A DNA stretch of 64,000 bases from a virus, in IMG/VR virus record IMGVR_UViG_3300017914_002709, positions 20,698 through 84,697 of that record; one strand, 5' to 3'. Under the pieces are notes generated by a model. That model was given only the letters and a program-made list of their open reading frames with translations. It did no database searches and was not told the DNA's origin. The translations under genes were made by a program, and so were the position numbers. Position 1 is the stretch's first letter, and each line of letters starts with the position of its first letter. Shown in pieces: positions 1-13,400 of the stretch.

Positions 1-1
1 T

Positions 2-1465
2 GATCAAGTATTTGCGTATAGAACTTTTGGTTTGCGCTATGATAGAGAATCAAGAAATTGGTTTGTTGTAACACAGGATAATGTAAACATCAAAGATACA
101 TTTAATGTTGGTAATTCTGGAGATACAACAGGACAAAGTCTTGACAGAAGTTGGATTTTGTTGTTTGAAACAAATGGTGTAAACTACACTGTTACAGCAA
201 GAAATCTTCGTTATATTTTTGAAAGTGAAGAAGAAGTTCGTTTTTATTTTGATAGTAGCAAAAAGATTTATGATAGCAAAACTGGAAAAATTGTAAGAGA
301 TAAAATTGGTATTTTAAGTATCAATAATGATCCAGCAAGCAGCGGACAAACTAGTCCATTCACTGTAGACTATAATTGGGCAGTTAGCAAAGAATTTAGA
401 GATGACATTGGTTATGTAAACAGCAAAAAAGTTGAAGTGGTTTTCTTTGACAGCGACGACGACGGTGTTGTAGACAATCCACAAACATTTGATGATGTTG
501 TATCAAGTGCTAGTTTAGATTTAGACGATCGTTATGTATTTGTTAAGAAATTCACAGAGTATGATACAGAATATTACAAGTACGTCAAACAACTAGATGA
601 AAATATTTTGGTTGTACAAGCATATAGAAGCATTAACAGCAGCAAAGTTGGTAACCCAATCTATTATGTAGTTGACACAGATAGTTTTTGGCAAGTCACT
701 ACTGCATCAAGAACTGTTACACAAATTTTCAACTATAAAGCATTTCTTGGTAGAGACGATATTAAATTTCAATATGTTCATGCAGCAGACGAAAATTCTC
801 GAATAGATCCTGCAAGCAGCAATATTATGGATACATATGTGCTTACAAGACAATACGATACAGATTATAGACAATGGTTAGCTGGCACTTTAGCAGATCA
901 GCCATTACCACAAAGCAGTGATCAACTGTACAGAAATTATGGCGAAGAAATAAACAAAATCAAAAGCATCAGTGATGAAGTCATAATGCATCCTGTAAAA
1001 TACAAAGTATTGTTTGGAGCAAAGGCAGAACCTAAATTGCAAGCTAGTTTCAAAGTTGTAAAAAACAAAAACAGAGTTGTAAACGATAATGAAATAAAAT
1101 CAAGATTAATTGACGCAGTCAATCAGTATTTTAGTTTAGAAAATTGGGATTTTGGTGAAACATTTTATTGGAGTGAATTGAGCGCATATATTGTCAAACA
1201 ATTATCTCCTGATTTGGTAAGTGTTGTTTTGGTACCTGTAGATGGACAAAGCAGTTTTGGTAGCTTGTTTGAAATAAAGTCAGAAACAGACGAGATTTTG
1301 ATCAGTGGAGCAACCGTTGCTAATGTTGAAATTATCACAGCAATAACAGCAGAACGATTAAAATCTGATGGAGCAGTTGTTACATCAGTTAGCAGCAGCG
1401 GCGAAGTGATCACGAGTGCTGCTGAATCAACAATTACAAGCACAACTGGAGGTAGTACGTACTAA
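2..1465 (+). CDS. Baseplate wedge subunit-like protein (gp6/J-like), 5'-truncated
   Basis: Frame is open from position 2 (DQVFAYRTFGLRYD...), so the track start at 32 is not the real start. C-terminal IKSRLIDAVNQYFSLENWDFGETFYWSELSAYI resembles the baseplate wedge C-terminal domain. Stop overlaps the next ATG (TAATG). Confidence 0.7.
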   Translation, partial: DQVFAYRTFGLRYDRESRNWFVVTQDNVNIKDTFNVGNSGDTTGQSLDRSWILLFETNGVNYTVTARNLRYIFESEEEVRFYFDSSKKIYDSKTGKIVRDKIGILSINNDPASSGQTSPFTVDYNWAVSKEFRDDIGYVNSKKVEVVFFDSDDDGVVDNPQTFDDVVSSASLDLDDRYVFVKKFTEYDTEYYKYVKQLDENILVVQAYRSINSSKVGNPIYYVVDTDSFWQVTTASRTVTQIFNYKAFLGRDDIKFQYVHAADENSRIDPASSNIMDTYVLTRQYDTDYRQWLAGTLADQPLPQSSDQLYRNYGEEINKIKSISDEVIMHPVKYKVLFGAKAEPKLQASFKVVKNKNRVVNDNEIKSRLIDAVNQYFSLENWDFGETFYWSELSAYIVKQLSPDLVSVVLVPVDGQSSFGSLFEIKSETDEILISGATVANVEIITAITAERLKSDGAVVTSVSSSGEVITSAAESTITSTTGGSTY

Positions 1466-4400
1466 TGTCTTTTGATAATGATCAGAATGATTTCCCGTTG
1501 CCAGCAGGCAAATCTGCAGACCGCAAAGCAAGCAACTTTTTACCACGTTACTTTAGAACTCCAACTAATAAAAAGTTTTTACAATCTACAATTGACCAAC
1601 AGATTAACGAAGGTGTTGTAGAAAAACTCAATAGTTTTGTAGGTAGACGCAGTGCAAAAGCACGTATTCCTGATGATACATATCTTGGTGATGTTTCTGC
1701 AGATAGAGAAAACTATCAATTTGAACCAGCAGTAGTATACAAAGATGAATTAAATAACCTTGAATTTTATGCTGATTATAATGACTATATTGGACAATTA
1801 AGCAACTTTGGTAGCACCACAAGCAATCACAGTTTGTTAAATCAGCAACAATCTTATAGTTGGAATCCTCATATTGATTGGGACAAGTTTGTAAACTTTA
1901 GAGAATATTATTGGTTGCCTCTTGGTCCAGAACCGATGCCAGTTGTTGGGCAAAGTAAAGATGTAAGAAGCACATTAGAAATATCAACAGCAACTGATGA
2001 CGATAATACAGCGTATGTTTTTACACCTGATGGATTTACAAGAAATCCTACATTAAAACTATTTAAAGGACAAACCTATAGAATTACAATAAATTGTCCA
2101 GGATACCCTATTGCACTTGCAAGCAGCAGAGACTACAAAGATAATGATCCTTTATTAGATGTTGATGCTGAAAATGTCAGTACCTTATACACCGATGGTG
2201 TGACAAAATATGTATTAGATGATAATCAGCAACTTATCGTAACCACAGATGATTATATCGAAGAAGGATTTATTGATTTTACGCCAGGTGAAAATGCTCC
2301 TGAAGAACTGTTTTATATTAGCCAAAACGACATTGATATGGGCGGTTTGATTACTATCTACGGTATTGAAGAAAATACTGAAATTGATGTTGCAGCAGAG
2401 ATTATAGGAAAACAAAGTTATACAACTTCTACTGGTGTTAACTTAAGTAATGGCATGAAAATATTCTTCCAAGGTGATGTATCTCCTGCAATGTATAGCG
2501 AAGGTTATTTTTATGTTGAAGGTGTTGGTACAGGTATACAGTTAGTATCAGACAGCAATTTAGAAGTACCATTGACATTTGTATCTCAAGAATCTGTCCC
2601 ATTTGACGGAGGTGAATATCCTTTTGATAGATATCCTTTTGAAGATGCAGCAACATATCCAGCTACCAAAGATTATCTAGTTATCAACAGAGCAAGTGCT
2701 GATAGAAATCCATGGAGTAGATACAACCGATGGGTGCACAGAGATGTTATCGAAACCAGTGCAAAAGCAATAGGTTTAGAACCAAGTTTTGATCAAACAC
2801 AACGTGCAAAAAGACCCATTATTGAATTTGAAGCAGGTATGAAGCTGTATCAACATGGTAATATTGCAAAAGCCAATGTAAACCTTGTAGATACTACTAC
2901 TAAAGATGCGTTTAGTAATATCGAAGGTCAAGAAGGTTATATTATTGACGGTGTTGAACTTACAGACGGTATGCGTATTGTCTTTACTGCTGATACTGAT
3001 ATAAGAGTAAATGGCAAAATTTATCAAGTCAAATTTATCAATTTTGGCACTGGTGCAACAAAAACAAGACAAATTAGTTTGGTCGAAACTGATGATACTG
3101 AACCTAGTGACGGTGAATGTGTTCTTGCATTACAAGGTAATAAAAATGGCGGAAACATGTTCTACTATGAAAATTCAAAATGGAATTTAAGCCAGCAAAA
3201 AACCAAAGTAAACCAAGCACCTCATTTTGACTTGTTTGATAAAAATAAAACAAGTTTGAGCGATCCTATTACTTACAAAGCAAACACATTTACTGGTACT
3301 AAATTTTTTACATATGCACAAGGTACAGGAACTAATGATAGCGAATTAGGATTTCCTTTAAAGTATAGAACTATTACCAATGTAGGCGATATTGTTTTTG
3401 ATTTTAATTATTCGTCAGACAGTTTTACATACCAAGATGATCAAGAAGTTGAATTTACAAAAAAGACAGACAACAGTTTTATACAAAAATACGATTCACT
3501 AAGCAAAGAAATTACTTATGAAAACGCATGGAAAAAATCTTATACCAAATCAAGACAAGGTGTGGTAAGGATTTATGATAATGTTACAAACAATCTTGAT
3601 ATTGATGTTTTTAATTTTAGCAAAGATTTAGATATTTTTGCACAGGTATTTGTAAACGGTATCAAAAAATTACCTGATGTTGATTTTACATTACAAAACG
3701 GACCTAGATATAAACAAATTAGATTTGTAAAAAATCTTAAAAAAACAGATAGTGTTGTTGTAAAAGCATATGCTAATGCAGACAAAAATGCTAATGGTTT
3801 TTATGAAATTCCTTTGAATTTAGAATGCAATCCAGGTAATGATAATGTTACTGCCTTAACACTTGGTGAAGTTAATAGTCATGTAGAATCAATTGTTTCA
3901 AACGCTCTTTATTTTGAAGGTAATTTTCCAGGACGCAGCAATTTAAGAGATTTACGTCTTCAAACAGAACTTGGAACTAGATTTGTACAACACGAAGGTC
4001 CTTTGAATTTAGCATTATATCATATTACAAATAAAGATTCAAATGTTGTAAAAGCAATTGAATATGCTATGGACGAGTATAGTAAATTTAAACAAGAGTT
4101 TATGCAAGCTGCAGAAACTTTAGGATTTGACGGTAGCACTAAAAAACATGTTGATGCTATCATGAAAAAAATTACAAAAGATAAAACAAGTAACTTTTGT
4201 TTCTTTACTAGTGATATGGTTCCCTTTAATGCTGCATTATCTACTACTCATACAATTGAATATGACGGTGAAGCATATTTTGCATTAGAAACAGCTTTTG
4301 ATTTAAACACATTATCGAATCGAGCAGTGTTGGTTTACGCTAACGATGAATTATTAATTCATGGCAAAGATTATGAGTTTGAAAATGGATTTGTAAAAGT

Positions 4401-7400
4401 AACAAAATCCTTAGTAGAGGACGACGAAGTTGTTATCATTGAGTATGATAACACAAACGGAAGTTATGTTCCGCCTACACCAAGTAAGTTAGGATTATTA
4501 CCAAGCACTCGTCCAGAAAAATTTACAGATGGCGCTAATAATTTTATCAGAGGACACGATGGCAGCTATACTTTAGCATACAACGATTTTAGAGACGATT
4601 TATTGTTGGAATTGGAAAAGAGAATTTACAACAATACAAAACTTTTCTACAACAAAGACATTTTAGATATAAATGATTTTGTTGGTGGCAGATCGAGAAA
4701 AAACAATTTTACAGCAAAAGAAATCAATAGAGTATTGTTGAAAGATTTCAGTAACTGGCTTAACAAAGCTGGTGATCCTAATTACACTGAAAACAGCTTT
4801 TATTCAGTAAGCAATGAATTTACATACAATTATTCTTCAAATAACGACGAAGAAGGTAATTCATTAAATGGCTATTGGAAAGGCATTTACACTTATTTCT
4901 TTGATACAATTCGTCCACATTTGCGTCCATGGGAAATGCTTGGATTTACAGACGAGCCTACATGGTGGCAAAGTGTATATGGGCCTGCGCCTTACACCAG
5001 CAGCAACACACCGTTATGGCAAGATTTACGTGACGGTGCAATAAAAGAACCAAATAAACCTGTTGTGTATAACAAAAAATTTGCAAGAAAATGGCTCATG
5101 AGTCAAATACCTGCAAATGAATTTGGTGAATTGAACAATCCGATTGAAGCAGGTATTGCAACAGCAATTTTACGTGACGATACTCAAAGCAGTTTTAAAT
5201 TTGGTGACTTTGCACCAGTTGAAAATGCTTGGAGAAACAGTGCAGAATATAGATTTGCTTTGTTAAAAAGCTGGGTGTTGCTAGAACCAGCTAAAGTGCT
5301 TGGCTTAGGTTTTGATATAAGTCGTATTGAAAAAGACATTGCAGGAAATATTGTATATGCACCAACACAAAAAAGAATAACCACAGCTGATTTATTATTT
5401 CCAACACTAACTGACACTGAAACAACACAATCTTATACAAGTGGATTGGTAAACTATATTGCAAATTATACCAAGTATAACAAACGTAACAGTGTAGAAA
5501 AATACAAAACACAATTAACAGGCATCGATAATCAACTGGCATTTAGACTTGCAGGATTTGCTGACAAAAACAAGTTAAAGTTGGTTTTAGATAGTAGATC
5601 GCCTTTGAATAAAACCAGTGTATTTGTACCAGAAGAAAATTTTGAAATCTATTTGAATACATCTAGTGTACAAGAAACAGCCGTATTGAGTGGATTTATA
5701 ATCGAAAAACTCAGCAATGGTAGATTCAATATTAGAGGTTATGACAAGAGTGCACCAGTATTCAAAACAAATCCAGTAAAAATAAGAACAGCAGATCCAG
5801 CTATTACAGTAGGCGGTGTAAGTGAAAACTTTGTAGAATGGAACGAAAACAAAACTTATACTGTTGGTACAATTGTAAATTTAGATGGCACATACTATAG
5901 AACAAAAATTACACATACCAGTGGAACAGATTTTGATGTATCTAAGTTTGCTAAATTAGCAGAACTACCAATCGAAGGTGGAGTAAGTGCAGTGCTACGA
6001 CAAACGTTTGAAGATACAATTGTCGATGTTGATTATGGCACAGAATTTGCCAACGTTCAAGAAGTTGCTGATTTCATGTTAGGCTACGAAAACTACCTTA
6101 AAAATACAGGGTTTATATTTGAAAGTGTAAATGCAGCAAGTGCACAAACAGAAGATATGAAACTTGTACTACAAGAATTCATGTTCTGGGTTACACAGGG
6201 ATGGGATACCGGCACAGTATTAGCAGTGAGTCCTATTGCAAACGAAGTTAAATTTACAAGACAATATTTCAGCGTTGATAACATCTATGACAGTTTCTAT
6301 GATGATACAATTATCAGTGGTCCAGGCGAGGCAGTAGAAGCAAACTTTACAAATATCTATAGAGACCGTGATGTTGATTTTACATTGAAACCTGTGGATA
6401 CTGATGACGGAATTTTCTTAATCAAGTTACCACTTGTACAAACTGAACATGTTGTACTATTGGATAATACAACAGTATTCAATGACACAATTTATGATAA
6501 AGTACCTGGGTTTAGACAAGAACGTATAAAATTAAATGGTTATAGAACAGATGGTTGGACAGGCAATTTGAATGTTCCTGGATTTATCTATGATCAGGCA
6601 AAAATTACATTGTGGACTGCCAACACAGATTATGGCATCGGCGATTTGATAAAATACAAAGAGTTTTACTACAGTGCGTTTAATTCACACACTAGCGGCG
6701 AAACTTTTGTTGAAACAAATTGGCGAAGACTGCCTGAAAAACCAGTATCTCAAATTTATCCTAACTGGGATTATAAATCTAATCAGTTTGCAGACTTTTA
6801 TGATTTAGATACCGACAACTTTGATACTGAACAGCAACGACTTGCACAGCATTTAATTGGATATCAGCCAAGAGAATATTTGTCAAATATTATCACTGAT
6901 AGTGTAAGCCAGTATAAATTTTATCAAGGTTTTATTCAAGATAAAGGTACAAAAAATGCTCTGTCAAAGTTATTTGATCCACTTAGTGCAGCAGACAAAG
7001 ACAGTGTAGAATTTTACGAAGAATGGGCATTTAGACTAGGACAATACGGCGCAATAGATAATCTTTTTGAAATTGAATATCAATTGGATGAATCTAAGTA
7101 TAGAACCGAACCTCAAATTTTTGAACTTACACAAGGTATAAATCCAACACGTTTAGATCTTACAGTTGAAATACCCCAAAGCAAAGTTTACAAAAAACCT
7201 AGCACCTATGATCATACTATCGTTCCTACAAAAAATACAACCGGAACATACACAAGAGATAGCGGTTATGTAAAAAATGATCAAGTATCATTTGTAATCA
7301 GTGAATGGGACTTTGTTGCTGATATTTCTCCATTTGATTTGAGTATTGGTGAAAATATTTGGGTTACAAAGGACAACAATGACAAATGGAATGCTTACAA

Positions 7401-10400
7401 ACATGTGAACTCTGGGCTTGTTGTTGAATCGTATGATGCTGATACATTTGGAGATGAAGATGTTTTAACTATTACAACAACCAACTACATTAAAGATATT
7501 GCTGTAGATGATTTTGTAGGTATTATCACAGATGATCCTTTGTATTCAGGATTTGGACAAGTTGTAAACGTTGAATTAGATAAACTTACAGTATCTGGTG
7601 TTCCAGTGCAACCAGAAGAAGAAAGAGACAGCAGTATTGTAGGGACAAGTATAACAAAATTTGTCAGCAGAAGATTCGATGATGCAACTGATGTTAACAG
7701 TAATTTAACAGATATGCAAAAAGACACTGTTGATACAATCTGGGTAGACAATAATGGAACTGGAAATTGGACTGTATACGAAAATCGTTATGTGTTTGAT
7801 TTGTCAAGAGAGGTTATAAATCAACAAGATACTACAGAATGGGGAAAAACTTTTGATCTGAATAGAACCAATTTGGTTATGGCAGTAGGTGATCCTTCAA
7901 ATGAACAGGTGTCAGTGTACACTCGTACCAGTAGAAACTTTGACTGGAACACTGTTGTATTCTTTGGACCTAACAACAGCTATGACAGTGTGCCTAGTGA
8001 ATATGGACACAGTGTAGCAGTATCACCAGATGGTAATACAATTGCTGTTGGTGTACCGTTAGCAAGCAATGCATTAACAAGATTCAAAGGTCCATTAAGG
8101 CCAGGCGTGCCTTACACAGCAGGCGATATTGTTTCTGATAGAGGAAGTTTGTTTAGAGCAAGAAACAACATAGACGACGGATGGTTTAATGTTGGTGACA
8201 GTTCAGATAGCAGTACAATATTTGATAGCAGTGCTCCTGATGGTGTTCCTGAAGATTGGGAAAGAGTGTACCGCATAGAAGCAGGTGAAGGTTCAACTGA
8301 TAGTTCTGGTAGTGAACAAGGTGTAGTATATGTTTACACTAGAGACAAAACAACACAAGTATATGAATTAGATTTTGTTATGACAAGTCCAGAGCCTAGA
8401 GCATTTGCACAGTTTGGACACAAAGTTGTTTTAAGTGAAGATAGCACAGGTGCAACAAGAATGTTTGTGAGTGCGCCCGGCGACGATGCTGGCAGAATAT
8501 ATTTCTTTGAAAATGTTCCTGGTCCAGACAGCGAATGGAAATGGACACGCAATGATGATTACAAAGGCATTTACAGCGATAGCGAACTTTATAATCTTGG
8601 CGATATAGTGTTTTATGATGGGCAGTTGTACAAAGCATTAACCAATTTGCAACGAGGTACAGCACTGCCGACTGACACATCAAAATGGGAAGTATCGGAA
8701 CAGGTTGAGCACACAGGATTTATTCCTAATAAATTACAAGATCTTGACAACGAAAATATTGGTAACGAAGTTACTAGATTTGGTCAAGACTTTGCAGTAA
8801 ATGCATTTGGTGACAAATTAGTTGCTATGTATTTAGATGCTAATATTGATGAAGATAGTTCTAAAAGCAAAGTGCTTGCAATTTACAATCAGCCTAACAA
8901 ACGTTGGACACACATTCAACGTATTACACCTATTACAGATGAAACTGGATTTGCATTCTCTTTTGATATAGATGATGCCGGTGATAATGTTGCAGTATCT
9001 CAACCTTTTGCAGATGAAAAAGGCATTGATAGTGGTACAGTTTATGTGTACACACAAGGATCAAATGACACATATACACAAACACAAAAACTCAATAGTC
9101 CGTTTAATGAATCAAACGAAGTATTTGGTACTAGTGTTGCATTCGGCGGAAACAAACTTGTAATAGTTGGTAAAAATAGTGATACAATCAATTATACAAC
9201 TTTTGATTTGATTGACGAAGATAATGTCACAACTTTTGATAACAGCAATACAAAGTTCTCTCAAACTGTAGAAGACAGTGGTAGACTTATTATATTTGAA
9301 GAACTAGATAATAATTATATTTTTGCAGAAGATGTAGATTACAGAAGAGATTTGAACGGCTTCTCAATGGACAATATCAAAGTAAACTTTAATCAGATAT
9401 ATTTAAGTTTGCCAAATTATGCTCCTACATCAGCACGTAAACCTCTAGATGATGACAAGTATCAAATAAGCAATAATCGGGGTATAATTGCAGAGATTAG
9501 CACCGGAAAAACTGCTGATGCATGGACAGCTATTGCACAGCAAAATGACAAACCTGACATTGAAAAAATCAATCAGGTATTCTTATATAATGTTGATACA
9601 CAAGATATTGTACAAAAATTAGACGTAGTAGATCCACGTCAGGGCAAGATTGTAGGTATTGCAGAACAAAATATTTCTTACAAAACACCTTATGATCCTG
9701 CAGACTACAATGAAAACACAAATTGGGGTCCTAAAGAAGTTGGAACAATTTGGTGGAACATAGATACTGCTAGTTGGTACGATGTTTACCAAGGTGATAA
9801 CAACTACAGAACAAGCAAGTTCAACACTCTTATTCCAGGATCAACTGTGCAAATTTGTGAATGGGTAGGCACAGATTTACTACCTGATGAATGGTTGGCA
9901 CAAAGTGGTACAGCTGAAGGTTATGCAGCAGGCATAACAGGTGTTCCATTATTTGGAAGTTTATTTACAACTGAGCGTGTTTATGATAGCGTATCGCAGA
10001 CATTTAAACCGCAATATTTTTATTGGGTTCAGAATACAGAAATTGTACCAAATGTAGAAGGTAGAACAATAAGTGCACAAAATATTGCAACACTTATTGC
10101 AGATCCTGCAAGTTTGGGTTATAGATATGCAGTGTTGTTAAGCAACAAAAGTTTTGCACTTTATAACTGTAAAAGTTTAGTTGAAGGCACTAATACTGTA
10201 ATACAATTTAGAATACAAAAAGACAGTGATTTACAAACAAATATCCACAGCGAATACCAACTAATTTCGCAAGGACTAGATTTAAGCATGCCACAGAGAG
10301 ATATCGAAACTAAGTGGCATGACAGTCTAATTGGATATGATGCACTTGCAAACGTTGTACCTGATGTAACATTGCCAGAATCTCAAAAATATGGATTGCT

Positions 10401-13400
10401 TAATGTTCCTAGACAAAGTATGTTTGTAAATCGTCTTGAAGCAGTCAAACAATTTATTGAACGTGCGAACAGTGTATTTGCAAAATATCAAATTGTTGAC
10501 AACTACAACATCAGCAAATTACAACTTGCAGAACCTTTTCCAAATATCAAAGTTGGCAATTATGATGTTGCAGTTGATACAGAAGTAGATCTGCAATACA
10601 TTGGTGTTGCAAAAACACAAACAGCAGAAATAAGTTTAACAATTGATAGCGGCACTATTACTGAAGTGCAAATTGTAAATCCTGGTAATGGTTACAAATA
10701 TGCACCACGTATTGAAATTGAAGATGCATTTGGTTATGGTGCAATCTTGAATACAACAATCAACAACACAGGTAAAATTGTCAGTGTTGATATTAGAAAA
10801 GGCGGAAAAAATTATTCGCAAAATGCTATTCCAAAAATTAGAAAATTCAGTGCGCTTGTAAAAAGTGACAGTACTCTAGGCGGTATCTGGACAATTTACG
10901 AATGGAATAAATCAACACAAAATTGGGATAAAGTTACAAATCAAAGTTACGATACAAATAAGTATTGGAACTATATCGATTGGTATGCTCCGGGTTACAG
11001 CGACGGTACTGTAATTGATCATGTAATTGAACAAAGTTATTTGTTGTTTGGACTAGAAGACAATATTGGTGATATTGTAAAGATTAAATCAGTTGGCTCA
11101 GGTGGTTGGCTTTTACTCAAGAAAAAAGACAATAAAGACACTGAAGATTATACTGTAAACTACGATACTGTTGGTAGAGAAAACGGAACAATTGAACTGA
11201 AGGATTTGTTGTATAACTACAGTGTTGAAACAACTGGTTATGATGCAAATGTTTATGATATTAGTTTCTATGATAAAGAACCTGTGCAAGAATTGCGTAA
11301 CATAATCAGTGCTATCAAAGAAGATCTATTTGTAGGCGATCTAGTTAAAGAATACAATGAGTTGTTCTTTGCAGGTATTAGATATGCACACAGTGAACAA
11401 GTAAATGTTGATTGGGCATTCAAAACCAGCTTTGTAAGAGCAAAGCACAATGTTGGCGGATTAACACAAAAAATTACGTTCCAAAACGATAATCTTGAAA
11501 ATTATCAAGATTATATTGAAGAGGTAAAACCTTATAAAACCAAAATTAGAGAGTATATCAGTGCATATACAAGAATAGAACCTACCCAAAGTATGGTAAC
11601 TGATTTTGACTTGCCTCCAAGTTATGTAGGTGGAAGTATTAAACCTAGTAATGCAATTTACAGTAATGATACTATAACACAATTGTTTGATGATTACAAT
11701 CAATATCCTTACAAAAATTGGGTTGACAACAACAAGTATGAAGTTGTAAAAATTGCTGTCGCAGACGGCGGCGCAGGATATGAAAACACACCTATTGTAA
11801 AAATAGCCGGAGATAATCCTCCAACAGCTAGAGCATATCTAGCTAGAGGAAAAGTCAAAACTATTGAAATTGATACCAAAGGACAGCGTTATTTCAAAGC
11901 ACCTGTTGTAACAATCGAAGGACAGGCAACAAAACCGGCTAGAGCAGTTGCAATACTTGGAGAACCAAATGTAAGAAGCACACACATGGTTGTGCGTTTT
12001 GATAGAGTTTCAGGTAAAAAATACATTGAAGATATAAATGCTATTGAAACATTCACAGGCACAGGTGCAAAAGAAAAGTTTGTTCTAAAATGGCCTATGG
12101 ATCTAAACACTACAAAATACACAATTGAAGTGGATGGCGTGCAAGCATTGTCAAGCGAATACACTGTTGGTAATGATGTTGATTTCAGTTTAGGACATGA
12201 AAGATTTTTAGGATATGTAAAATTTAATGATGTACCAAAAACAGGTACAACAATCAAAGTTAGTTACAAAAAAGATACACGTATTTTACAAGCAGCAGAC
12301 AGAATTTTCACAAAATATGAACCAACAGAAGGTATGCCAGGCATCGGCGAAAACGAAAGTTTAGCAAGTTTAATGCGTGGTGTTGAATATGAAGGTGTGT
12401 TATATGATGCTTTCCCATTTGGCAATGATCAAGGCTTTGGCGCAGGCGGATTTGGAGATGTTCCTTATGACACATTTACAAACACATATGATGATGAGGT
12501 AATTGTACTTGATGGTAGTACAAATATTATTCAACTTGCAGAACCTCTTGAAGATGGTGTTACATACAACGTTTATTACAATGGCAAACGTATAGATGAT
12601 CCTGCATACGATGGATCTACAGAATTGACAAATACCAATGCTGTGATGTTGCCAGTATCAGGAGACGGATCAACTGATTCAATTGACATAAGTGCACTTA
12701 ATGATGATAACACACTTGTAGACGGCGATATAATTATTGTAAGAAAACAAACTAGTGATGGCAGCTTTACACCTGTAGGTACAACATATGATACAGCATT
12801 GTCAGGCGGTTCAATAGATTACAGTACAGCATCCGGTCAAGCAGCAGGTGAAGTTATTGTTGACGGTGATGGATTCTACACTGAAAAAACCAGTGGTGGT
12901 CCAGAAGAACTTGTACCAGGCACAGTTGTTGATACATTAGATATGAAGGTGTATCATAGAGCTACTGATGGTGTAGGTATTATAGGTGTTGCAAATTACT
13001 TTACAGATGGTGAAAACTTTAGGTATAGATTACCAGAACAACCTGCAGGTGTTGACAGTATTATTGTTGCATATGAAGGTGAGGTTTTAGATAGTACTTT
13101 GTACAGTGTTGATTATGAAAACAACACAATCGACTTTGATGACAGTACAAGCACAGTTGGTGCTAATCTATGCATCATAACAGTTGGTGCTAACGGAGCA
13201 GATCTTATTGATACAAATATCATCACATACGAAGGCGAAGATACCATTGTTACATTAGCTGATTACAAAGATGCACAAACTGTTATATTATTTGAAAATG
13301 GAGTTGCATTAGAAAAAGATACAGATTTTGAAATCTTTGATACAGGCGACGGAGATGACAGTACACCGACATTGACTTATAACAAAGCAGCTATTAGACT

